The position numbers were made by a program, and so were the translations under genes. Shown in pieces: positions 1 to 10,440 of a stretch of DNA of 20,906 bases. The first letter of the stretch is position 1; the number at the start of each line of letters is the position of its first letter. The notes under the pieces are model-generated. The model worked only from the letters and a program-made list of their open reading frames with translations. It did not search any database and was not told the DNA's origin. Origin of the DNA: Macrostomum lignano (Eukaryota); the NCBI GenBank assembly GCA_002269645.1, contig NIVC01005215.1:1-20906 (forward strand), in the 5' to 3' direction.

Positions 1-700
1 GGAGCCCACCAAGAGACAGGGGCGCCACCAAGAGACAGGGTGCCCACCAAGAGACAGGGCGCCCACCAAGAGACAGGGGAGCCCACCAAGAGACAGGGCG
101 CCCACCAAGAGACAGGGGTGCCCAACAAAGAACCAGGGTGAGCCCACAAAAGCCAGGGTGCCCAACAAGAACCAGGGGAGCCCAACAAGAACGCAGGGAG
201 CCCAACAAGAACCAGGGGAGCCCACCAAGAGACAGGGGCGCCCACCAAGAGACAGGAACTGCCACCAAGAGACAGGGGCGCCCACCAAGAGACAGGGTGC
301 CCAACAAGAACCAGGGAGCCCAACAAGAACCAGGTGCCCAACAAGAACAGGGAGCCACCCAAGAGACAGGGGAGCCCAACAAGAACCAGGGGAGCCCACC
401 AAAGAGACAGGGGCGCCACCAAGAGACAGGAACTGCCACCAAGAGACAGGGGCGCCCACCAAGAGACAGGGGTGCCAACAAGAACAGGGATGCCCAACAA
501 GAACCAGGTGCCCAACAAGAACCAGGGGAGCCCAACAAGAACCAGGGGAGCCACCAAGAGACAGGGGCGCCCACCAAGAGACAGGGCGTCCATCAAGAGA
601 CAGGAACTGCCACCAAGAGACAGGGGCGCCCACCAAGAGACAGGGGCGCCACCAAGAGACAGGGCGCCCACCAAGAGACAGGGGCGCCCACCAAGAGAGC
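1..700. repeat. Host minisatellite array of 19-21-bp units (GGGCGCCCACCAAGAGACAG / GGAGCCCAACAAGAACCAG variants)
   Basis: Tandem units are directly visible from the window start to about 700. The three overlapping plus-strand ORFs here are translations of the repeat. Confidence 0.95.
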
Positions 701-1316
701 CCTTAGCGCCCATCAGGTTTGCGGATCCTGGAATTAACATTCCTATCGCAGTCGTGTCTGACCAGCTTACATCCTCTGCAACCATGGTGGCTCGCATTTC
801 ATTGTAGATTTCAATTGAATCGCAATTTGGCCAGCGACGTCCCGGCCGCTGGACAAGCCGCCGAGTAACCGACGCTGGACGTAGTGTAGTGATGGCAGTA
901 CACATCGTTTTAGTGGGGCGAACACTCGATTCGACTCAACGGCTGGCCGACAGACAGAACTGCCGGACACAGACTGCTAGGGCTGGTTCCGCAGCTCCCA
1001 CTGCCGAGCACTCCGCCGAGCTGCTCAGGTGAGTCAGCTGGCCATGGCTGTCCAGCAAGGCGCAGGACTTTGCTGAGAAAGCCGGTCGTGAGTCGGCCAG
1101 CCAAAGCGTCTGGTGCCAGTGGCTGCTGAGCTGCTGGACAGCCTCTGGGCGGCGTAGAGGCGCGCCAGCTGGTAGTCGGAGTGTCAGGCAGGTGCCAGCT
1201 GACTGTGCAGCTGCAGCATCTGCACTCGTTGATGCAGCCGCTGTGGAGACGAACAGGCAGCGGTCTTGTCGGACTGACTGGGAGACCGGGACAGCGCGTC
1301 TGCAATCGGGGGAAAC

Positions 1317-1403
1317 AGGGTTCCACTGGCTGACAGAGAGAGGGTTCCACTAGCTGACTGAGAGAGGGTTCCACTAGCTGACAGAGAGAGGGTTCCACTA
1401 GCT

Positions 1404-1489
<86 letters not shown>

Positions 1490-1507
1490 TCCACTAGCTG
1501 ACAGAGA

Positions 1508-1545
<38 letters not shown>

Positions 1546-1647
1546 TCCACTAGTTCACAGAGAGGGTTCCACTAGCTGACAGAGAGAGGGTTCCACTAGC
1601 TGACAGAGAGGGTTCCACTAGCTGACAGAGAGAGGGTTCCACTAGCT

Positions 1648-1681
<34 letters not shown>

Positions 1682-1715
1682 TCCACTAGCTGACAGAGAG
1701 AGGGTTCCATTAGCT

Positions 1716-1755
<40 letters not shown>

Positions 1756-1789
1756 TCCACTAGCTGACAGAGAGAGGGTTCCACTAGCT

Positions 1790-1829
<40 letters not shown>

Positions 1830-1886
1830 CCACTAGCTGACAGAGAGAGGGTTCCACTAGCTGACAGAGAGAGGGTTCCACTAGCT

Positions 1887-1930
<44 letters not shown>

Positions 1931-1964
1931 TCCACTAGCTGACAGAGAGAGGGTTCCACTAGCT

Positions 1965-2004
<40 letters not shown>

Positions 2005-2140
2005 CACTAGCTGACAGGGAGAGTTCCACTAGCTGACAGTTCCACTAGCTGACAGAGAGAGAGGGTTCCACTAGCTGACAGAGAGAGGGTTCCACTAGCT
2101 GACAGAGAGAGGGTTCCACTAGCTGACAGAAGAGGGTTCC
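1317..2140. repeat. Compound satellite: GGGTTCCACTAGCTGACA units joined by variable-length (GA)n tracts
   Basis: The constant 18-mer is repeated more than 20 times with GA runs of variable length. The array ends at the Polinton terminus. Confidence 0.95.
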
Positions 2141-2445
2141 AGTAGTATAGAAAAAGACGCTTCTAGACCCAGAGCACTTTTTTAATGACCGTTTTAAGGG
2201 TCTAGAGGGGGGACACGGGGGGTAAATAAAAAAACACATCTAAACACCCTTAACACATCTAATCACCCATAATCACCCCTAACAATAAAAATCATTCCCA
2301 ACACTTCCAAACACTCCCCAACACCCCCTCGCGTCCCCCCTCTTAAGACCTTAAAACGGCCATTAAAATAAGGTCTGATCTGTAAGCGTCTTTTTCTATA
2401 CTACTACTCTATAACCCCTTGCCCGCGCCGCAGGCGCGAAGGGTC
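2141..2445 (+). repeat. Left terminal inverted repeat (305 bp)
   Basis: Reverse complement of 19546-19851 with 7 differences by manual alignment. Starts AGTAGTATAGAAAAAGACGC. Confidence 0.95.
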
Positions 2446-2819
2446 ACAAAAGAGTTTAAACTGAGTCATGGTAATAGTAACACTCAACAAAAAATTACTC
2501 TCATAGCCACTATTGGCTAGCTTGCAAAATCTTGCCGTAGCAGGAATTGAACGCCCACTCAGCCATCCAACTCTATAAAAACCACAGCCATCAACCCAGT
2601 TCTAGCTCATCTCTCAGGAAGAAGAAGACAGGCTCCGCGCGTCACAAGTAAAATGGGGTGCCCACCATCAATGAATAAGTTTTTAACAAATCGTCCAGAA
2701 AAATTCTGGACGTCCAGAAAAAAATGACTCAATGCAGTATATACACCATCTTGGGTTGAAAAATATTCTTTTGTGTGTTCTCGTATTCTTTTTTTCTGTT
2801 ACTAAAAATAGAACAAAAA

Positions 2820-3218
2820 ATGACACACGTTACACATGTGCAAAATATAAATGAGTATCAGGTAGGAGATCCAATTGAATACCGAGGTGAGGGACTTTTT
2901 GATTTGGTTGGAACAGCAGCAAATTTTGTTAAAGACAATATGGGGCTTATAGGGCAAGCTGGCTCTGCAGCAGGCTCTATAACAAATGCTGTAAAAGGAG
3001 GAATTGAAGCAGCTAGAGCGGCAGAAGAACTAAAGAAATTGAGAGATTTTAACGACACCCTCTCACAAATAAATGCAATAAAAGATTTAAAGCTGGCACA
3101 AGCCGCACAACCAACAGAAACCCCCACGAAAACCACGCCAATAAGTAATAAAGATATTCAGGATTTTAATAAAATGTTAAATACTATTAAAGGTGGAAAA
3201 GGATTAAAGAAATTTTAA
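2820..3218 (+). CDS. Small Gly/Ala-rich putative virion protein with adenain-type GxG/GG motifs (132 aa)
   Basis: Start chosen at the AAAAATG at 2820. Contains YRGEG and IKGGKG, then a predicted amphipathic and coiled-coil segment. Function is inferred. Confidence 0.6.
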   Translation: MTHVTHVQNINEYQVGDPIEYRGEGLFDLVGTAANFVKDNMGLIGQAGSAAGSITNAVKGGIEAARAAEELKKLRDFNDTLSQINAIKDLKLAQAAQPTETPTKTTPISNKDIQDFNKMLNTIKGGKGLKKF

Positions 3219-3228
3219 CAATATAAAA

Positions 3229-4275
3229 ATGGACTCAGTTAATGATGATGAAAACCGGTTATATTTTATAGGAGAAATTGTAGATACCTTAAATCTTGAT
3301 GATAATAAGCAAACCCACACAATGTTAAAAAGATTGGATCGATTAGGTAAAAAGTTTGACTACGACATCGATACATTTAAACTCGCAGCAAAATATGCAC
3401 AAGAAGGAAGGCCAATATCCTTTAAGAATCGCGGCAGAAATTATAGGTTGACAGACTCCGATGTGAAATTTTTAATGGAGACTCACACTAAAAAGGACGG
3501 CGGATTACTACCCATTCTACCGCTTCTTTTAGGACTTGGCGCAGCTGGAGCAGTCGGTTTAGCCGGAAAAAGAATTCATGATAATGTAAAACAGCTAGGA
3601 GAGTTAAGAGCGAAACAGGGGGGAATCTTGCCCCTTGCAGCTTTGCTCCCAATAATTTTTGCAGGAATTGGAGCAGCTGGAGGAGTTGCTGGCGGAGCAG
3701 CTGGAATTGCAAAAGCAGTAAATGACAAAAAAGCTGCGGACGAAAAAGCTAAAAGAGAGGCCGAATTTCAAAGACAGCAAATAACGCAGGACGCACAATT
3801 TAAACAAAAACTTATCGATACAATTAATAGTAGTTCAGCAACAGCCGAGCAAAAAAGAAATGCAGAAGCTAGGTTATCAGCTGGAAAAGGTTTACTCTTG
3901 CAAGGAACAAATCACGGGAATGGTTTGGTACTAAAAGGAACAACCCAAGGAAGTGGAGTTGTCGCAGATAAACTACATGAATTTGGCCAAACTTTAGAAA
4001 AAACGGGTGAGAAAGCTAAAGGATTTTTTGACAATATTGGATCCAATTTTAGACCAGCTGTTCAGAAATTTTTACTAAGTTAGGAAAAGATTTTAATATC
4101 ATTGAAAAACACGACGGAAGCGGATTATATCTCGAAATGAGACCAAAAGCAGGTTCAGGAATTTTCTTAAATTCAAACGTTATGGGCAATGGATTGCTAT
4201 TACCAAAAGCAGATCTCGAATAGGCTCCTGGGGGAGGGTCTGGACACCAAAAACGCAAAATTAAAAAATCAATAA
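3229..4275 (+). CDS. Adenovirus pX-like membrane-active precursor (two GG-[IL]LP hydrophobic segments; repeated GxG motifs), two compensating frameshifts
   Basis: DGGLLPILPLLLGLG and QGGILPLAALLPIIFAGIG resemble adenovirus pX (RGGILPLLIPLIAAAIG). The frame continues after a T-run slip at about 4070 (KLGKDF...GSGLYL...GSGIFL...GNGLLL) and an A-run slip at about 4206 (LLGEGL), reaching TAA at 4273-4275. Confidence 0.6.
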
Positions 4276-4306
4276 TTCAAACATTATATAAATTTTATTC
4301 TATAAA

Positions 4307-7300
4307 ATGGAAGCAATTTTAGCTCAAATCGACAACCCTGAACTTAGAGCACAATTAATAGCTCAAATCGATGCACAACGAATTGCCGATAGGGCTGAAA
4401 TAGAAGCAAGAATTAGGGCAGAAAATGAGATACGTTTAGAAAGACAATTAAATGATATTGATAACCCCAACCACAAGGACAAAATGGAGCTGAAGTAATA
4501 TATATAGATATAGATATAAATACAAATTATAAAGAATATTTTAAACAAATGAAAGATAAATTAAAGACCATATTAAACAATTATACTATAAGGCCAAATA
4601 ACAAACGACAGCCAATTAAGTATAAAATAGAAGTTGAAACAGAATTTAAAAAACCAAATATTCTTAATGCAAATTCAGAAATTGAAGTAATAAATAACTT
4701 TTCACAAGAATCATATAAAACATTATTATCAATGGGAAATTACAACAATCAATTCGATCAAATAGAAGCTGAGTTTGATGAATGGATAGATAAGATGACA
4801 GAAAACGGATCTGGGTTTATATTTGTATCCTGTAATTCAGCAATAGTAAAGATTGCACCTATAGAAATTCTTAAAGGACGATCACATATGAAGCTCAAAT
4901 TTAAATCACCTATGATTATAAATCCAGACAATAAAGATAATAAATGTTTATTATGGTGTTTATTAATTCATAAATATCACAATCAAGTAGAATCACACAT
5001 TAATAAAATATATAATTATAGACAATATGAGGATGAAATAATAATGAAAAACATATCATACCCAGTAGCAATAGATGATATATATAAGATTGAAAAAATG
5101 AATGGTTTAAATATTAATGTGTTTACAATTGAAGAACCAAAAGATCTAGAAGAAATTTTAACCGATCCAGAATGGTATAAGAAAAGGTGTTATCTTGTTA
5201 AGCCAGCAACTGATATAACAGCACCAGATCAAATCGATCTTTTGTACATGCAGCGCGAAAATGAAACACATTATATATACATAAAAGATATTAGTTCTTT
5301 TTTAAGAGAAAATAGAAATAGATATCCACTATGTAGAAATTGTTTTACATTTAAAAAGGATGAAACAGCTCTTAAAAACCACCAACGATTTTGTTTAGAT
5401 CACAAATTTACTAATGCTATAATGCCAGCATCTGAAGATGCAACCCTAAAGTTCCAACAACATTATATGGCAGTTAAAAAACCAATAGTAATATATGCTG
5501 ATTTTGAAGCAACAAATGTTCCCTTAAAAGAATCACAGACGGCATCTGATGATGGGAATGCACAAAAAAATTGGCACAACAGTTTCCGAATAGTTATTGT
5601 ATATATGTACACTCTGTAGCTGATCATATATTTAAATCAAGGATGATTACTTACCACGGTAATGATGCAGCTAAGCACATGGCAGAATCATTAGTAAATG
5701 TATTTGAATATATTCAAAATCAATATGATAAATTATCAAAAAATATTAATATGACAAATAAGGATAGAGACAATTATAAAAATGCAACAAATTGTTTTAT
5801 GTGCAAAAGACATTTAAGTAAGAATAATAAGATACGAGAACATTGTCATCTAACAGGAAATTATCGAGGGGCAGCATGTAGATCATGTAATGCAAAAGAA
5901 GGAAAAGGATGTAAGGAAATACCAGTATTTTTTCATAATGGTTCCGGATATGATTTTCATTTCTTAGTTCGAGAATTGCTTCATTTAGGAAAGGATGAAT
6001 ATGAAATAAATATATTACCTAAAACATCAGAAAATTACATATCAATAACATATGGTAAGAAATACTCCCATCTAGTTTTTCTAGATTCCTTGAGATTCTT
6101 ATCAACATCTTTAGCAAATGTTGTTTCATCATTAGTTCCAAAACCATGGGATTTAGAAATAGTAAAGAAAAACTTTCCAATACTATTGAATCGTTTCAAA
6201 AAGAAAAACTATCCGAGGAAGAACTAATGCTATTAACTCGTAAGGGCATCTATCCATATGAATATGTAACATCTGAAGACGTATTTTTTCATACCGAATT
6301 ACCCCCATAGAAAAGTTTTATTCAACATTATCACAAACAAATATAAGTGAATCGGATTATGAACACGCTCAAAAAGTATGGAAATACTTTAATTGTAAAA
6401 CATTTAAAGATTATCATAATCTATATCTTAAAGCAGATGTTCTCCTATTAGCTGATGCATTTGAAAACTTTAGGAATCATACATATGAGAATTTTAAAAT
6501 TGATCCCGCATATTGTTTCAGTGCACCGGGATTAACATGGGCTTGTGGTTTGAAACATACAGATGTTAAGATTGATTTACTAACTGATCATGATATGTTG
6601 TTAATGATTGAGAGAGGAATTCGCGGCGGATTCTCGGGTGTACTAGGAGATAGATATACTAAAGTAAATAATAAATATCTACCAAATTATAATAAAAAAG
6701 AAAAATCATCATATGTATTATATCTAGATGCAAACAATTTATACGGTGGTTGTATGAAACAAAAATTACCAATAGCTGATTTCCAATGGGAAGATGACCC
6801 CGATTATTACAAAAATATTCCCGAAGGAAGGGGCTGTATCGTAGAAGTGGATTTGCAATATACTCGGGAAGCAAAAGCAAAAACATATAAATATCCTTTA
6901 GCTCCAGAGCATTGTTCAGTTAATGAAGATGATTTATCACAAACACAAAAAGATTATCTTAAAGCAGATAATGCAAAACATCTAGCAACAAAAAAATTAA
7001 TATTAAATTTACATGATAAGAAAAACTATGTAGTGCATTATAAGCTTCTACAATTTTATGAAAAGCAGGGATTAAAAGTGTCTAAAGTACATCGAACAAT
7101 ATCGTTTATTGAGGAAGATTGGTTAGCTAAATATATTGACTTTAATTCAAATCAGAGACAGATGTCAAAAACAAATTTTGAGAAAGATTATTGGAAATTA
7201 ATGAATAATGCTTTTTATGGAAAAACGGTTGAAAATATTAGAGATAGAACCCAATTCCATTTAGAAAAGGATATTGATAAAGCAAAGAAATATTTCTCAA

Positions 7301-8254
7301 AACCTAACTTTAAAGACTTTATAAAATTTGATGATAACTTTATGGGTATTCATATGAGAAATAAAACAACAAAATTTCTTAAACCAATATTTATTGGAAT
7401 GGTTGTTTTAGATTATGCAAAGCTGGTAATGTATGAATATTATTATGATGTTATAAATAAAACATGGCCAGATAACTATCCAATATATGCAGACACCGAC
7501 AGTTTGGTATTTAAGGTTGAAACAGAGGATCGGGCAAAGCCGCGAACCAAAGGTTCGATGTCTATAAAGATATGGAAAAAATTAAGGATACATTGGATAC
7601 CTCCGACTATCCGGATAACCATCCTTTAAAATCAGATCAAAATAAAAAAGTTGTACTTAAAATGAAAGATGAATTAAATAGCAAAATCATAACCGAGTTT
7701 ATAGCAATAAGATCAAAATGCTATGCATTTAAGTTTTAGGACAGGAGGGAGAGGTAAAAAAAATAAAAGGGGTATCAAGAGCAGCAGTAAAAAAGATAAC
7801 ATTTGATGATTATAAAAACGTACTTTTAGATTACCTTAATACAATTGAAAATTATCATGCTCCACAATATCGATTAAATTCAGATAAGCATCAGATGTTT
7901 GTCATCGAGACAGATAAAAAAACATTAAGTCCATTTGATGATAAAAGATATTTAGATGATAAAATTAAAACATATCCATATGGTTTAAAAGAAGAGATAA
8001 AAAATATGATAAAAGATAAAAAACAAAAAGAAGATATAATAAGTAAATATAATGAATACAAAGCGGCAATAAATAATTATTATTACGATTGTGATTGTGA
8101 ATCCGAATGTGATTGTGAATATAATACATTTCTAGAATATGAAAAAGATATAGATAATTATTATTCAACATTTCCAAAAGAACTTAAAAAATTAAATAAG
8201 GAAAAAGTCTTGAATAACTGGAAGAGATTAACAGAAAAATTACTTATCGGGTAA
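4307..8254 (+). CDS. POLB: Protein-primed family B DNA polymerase (about 6 single-base frameshifts)
   Basis: ExoI IVIYADFEA, EndoVII-like CFMC..EHCHLTGNYRGAACRSCN, ExoII FFHNGSGYDFHF, KGIYPYEY, ExoIII YLKADVLLLADAFENFR, motif A YLDANNLYG, motif B KLMNNAFYGK, motif C YADTDS and LSPFDDKRY. Frameshifts at about 4466, 5567, 6195, 6304, 7541 and 7735 join track ORFs 4307, 4549, 5571, 6550 and 7895. Confidence 0.95.
7529..7559. repeat. Double-hairpin element copy A, inside pPolB
   Basis: AT-CGGGC AAA GC(C)CG-CGAACC AAA GGTTCG-AT interrupts the ...ETED/VYKDM... segment just after YADTDS. Confidence 0.8.
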
Positions 8255-8293
8255 AAAACTAAAGCATGTAATTGTTTAAGCATAATATCCATT

Positions 8294-8590
8294 TCATTTC
8301 ATATATATTGAGCCAATTTCCTCACAGTCGTCAGGGTAACTTAAACAATCCTTTATTTTTTTCCTAAGTTTTTTTATTTTTCTAACCAATCTATCTATTT
8401 CAATTTCAATTACTATTTCAGCATAAACAATATCTTGTCTTAAAAAACGTTTTCTTTTATCTATCTCATATCGGATGGGAAACATATCGTCCCCATACTC
8501 ATGATATTTCTGAGATATAATTATATTTATTTTTTTATTAATATCATTAAGTTCACGCTCTTTAGTGATAAGGATTTTTATCGTATCCAT
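8294..8590 (-). CDS. Hypothetical protein (98 aa, helical/coiled-coil)
   Basis: Intact ORF with AAAATG start context; no recognised motif. Confidence 0.6.
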   Translation of the reverse strand: MDTIKILITKERELNDINKKINIIISQKYHEYGDDMFPIRYEIDKRKRFLRQDIVYAEIVIEIEIDRLVRKIKKLRKKIKDCLSYPDDCEEIGSIYMK

Positions 8591-8605
8591 TTTCTTATAA
8601 AAAAT

Positions 8606-8938
8606 TTAGTCTTCGTCGTCATCCTCCCAAACAGCCGCCAATTTTACAGTCCTATCACTCTTTTTATTATTTGTTTGTTTTAGTTTAAATTGCAATCCAC
8701 CCTCGTTGCAGTATTTCATAACAAACGCTTTAGGTTTATTAATAACTAAAACAGGAAAATTTTTAACATCATCTCCGCTTAGACATAAAATTTTTTGCCC
8801 ATCTAATTGTAAAAATATTGATTGAAGCCCAATAAATTTAACCTGTCTCAAACATATAATATTATATTCTTTATTCTCCAACATATTGGGTGTGAGATAA
8901 TTAATCACATTAGAATCGGTTTTGAACCAGCTCTCCAT
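8606..8938 (-). CDS. Hypothetical beta-rich protein with acidic tail (possible OB-fold ssDNA-binding protein)
   Basis: Intact 110-aa ORF with AAAAATG start and a C-terminal WEDDDED. The fold is a guess. Confidence 0.55.
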   Translation of the reverse strand: MESWFKTDSNVINYLTPNMLENKEYNIICLRQVKFIGLQSIFLQLDGQKILCLSGDDVKNFPVLVINKPKAFVMKYCNEGGLQFKLKQTNNKKSDRTVKLAAVWEDDDED

Positions 8939-8964
8939 TTTTAATCTAAAAAAATAACAAAAAA

Positions 8965-9447
8965 ATGAAAGACATTTATGTTTGTAATAAATGTAATGTG
9001 ACTATGCACAGAGGGCAAACAGCAAACGGAGATATATATCATATGTGTTATTCATGTTCTAAAATATATCAATTTGAAAAAACAAAAAAGATTGAAAACT
9101 CATATTACTATTTTAAAAACACAATTTTAAGAAATCTTACAAGAGACATTTCTGATCCAATTTTAATTCCCGGAAATAATGTTTATTTATATAATAACTT
9201 TTTCCATTTAAATAAAGGAAAGGGATTAAGTTCGAAAGACTCCGAAAGGATTTTAATTTTAGTTGGATATTATTTCAATTTTCTTATTCGAGAGAATACA
9301 AAGTTTATAAGGATAGGTAACATACCTAACGAAATGTTATTGAAAAAGTCATTGGAATTTTTATGTATTGATAAAAAATTTAAACCTAGGATCAGAAGAG
9401 AGTTACCACTTTGGGAAGAATATATAACATATGCATTAAAAAACTAA
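8965..9447 (+). CDS. Hypothetical protein with N-terminal Zn-ribbon (CNKC-x17-CYSC)
   Basis: Intact 160-aa ORF with two CxxC pairs. Confidence 0.65.
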   Translation: MKDIYVCNKCNVTMHRGQTANGDIYHMCYSCSKIYQFEKTKKIENSYYYFKNTILRNLTRDISDPILIPGNNVYLYNNFFHLNKGKGLSSKDSERILILVGYYFNFLIRENTKFIRIGNIPNEMLLKKSLEFLCIDKKFKPRIRRELPLWEEYITYALKN

Positions 9448-10099
9448 ACAACCTGAAGTTCTACAGCACTTCCTGACCGCGGGCTTTGTGCCCCAGTAGC
9501 AATAGTTTCAGGTTCGTAAATGCCTAATGTTTCTATCGGTGGAGCTTTGGGTTTATCGAGTCTCAACTCTTTTAATTCCATATCGGTAAAAGTTTCAACA
9601 TCTAAAATTCTATTTCTATCTTTTAAATATTTTTCATATAATTCAACCGCGGTTGATAATTCATGAATCGTTATCTCTCCGTCATCCAATATTTTTTGCA
9701 CATATAAATATAATTGATTTTTATATTGCTTGCAACATCTCTTAATGATTTATATTTTTCCTTTCTTTTTTTAAGATATAATTTAATTGCTAAAAGTATT
9801 GATAAGTTCCTGATCAATTCAAAACCTGATATTGAGCCAATTGAAATACCTAAAAATAATTGAGATAAATTAAGAGTTGGAATAGATTGTAAAATACCTA
9901 AAACGATTACACATAACATTGATAAGCTTCCAAATCCAATATTGAAAAAGTCCATATTTCTTATATGGTTTGAAACTCTTCTTACTTTTTTAGCATATAA
10001 ATCATAATCATAGTTAATACGATCAACATTACTTAACATCTGACCTTTACGTTGGTTGAACCGGTCGCGTTCCCATTTATCTGCTTCAGATACCGACAT
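9444..10099 (-). CDS. Putative two-TM membrane protein with C-terminal KILDDGEITxxE motif (frameshift at about 9700)
   Basis: Track ORFs 9671-10099 and 9444-9701 join at a TATATGTG slip. Two hydrophobic segments are followed by a basic run (KKRKEK). Confidence 0.6.
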
Positions 10100-10409
10100 T
10101 CTCGTCTATTTTTAATAGCACCAAAATGAATTCCCCGCTCTTTGGGATTTGTCCCGAGCTCAATAGGTATTGTATTGGAGTTATTCTTTCTTTTTTCTCC
10201 CATTTAAATCCTATTTTCCAAAACTCTTGAAGTATAATATGATTTTTTAATAACTTAATTAATTCTTGAAGCTTCTTATTATCCTGAACATTTACAGTAC
10301 TAAATAAAAATTTGGTATGAGATTTGAATGTTTTTATATTTGATTCTTGTTTAGGAATAGGAATAATAACATTATTTTGCCGCATCGATGGAGTTCTACT
10401 AAAAGCCAT
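10086..10409 (-). CDS. Hypothetical protein (107 aa, starting MAFSRTPS)
   Basis: TATAAAATG start at 10409. The longer track ORF overlaps the end of the fibre gene. Confidence 0.5.
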   Translation of the reverse strand: MAFSRTPSMRQNNVIIPIPKQESNIKTFKSHTKFLFSTVNVQDNKKLQELIKLLKNHIILQEFWKIGFKWEKKERITPIQYLLSSGQIPKSGEFILVLLKIDENVGI

Positions 10410-10440
10410 TTTATATAGAAATATTTTATATATAAATATT

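Noticed and set aside
138-807. Three long plus-strand ORFs
   Set aside because: They are translations of the minisatellite, open in all frames because the repeat lacks stops.
1317-2140. CRISPR-like look of a constant repeat with variable spacers
   Set aside because: The spacers are only GA runs, there are no cas genes, and the context is eukaryotic.
910-2239. Minus-strand ORFs rich in SLSL and CQLVEP
   Set aside because: They are translations of (GA)n and the 18-mer satellite. The non-repeat part (910-1317) shows no recognisable domain.
2540-2568. Minus-strand Pol III A-box (TGGCTGAGTGG) and B-box (GTTCAATTC) matches
   Set aside because: The boxes are only 2 nt apart, too close for a type 2 promoter, and no tRNA cloverleaf is evident.
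9470-9496. Possible fifth double-hairpin copy (GACCG-CGGGCTTTGTGCCC)
   Set aside because: Only one half pairs and the ATCG/CGAT ends are missing; at best a decayed copy.
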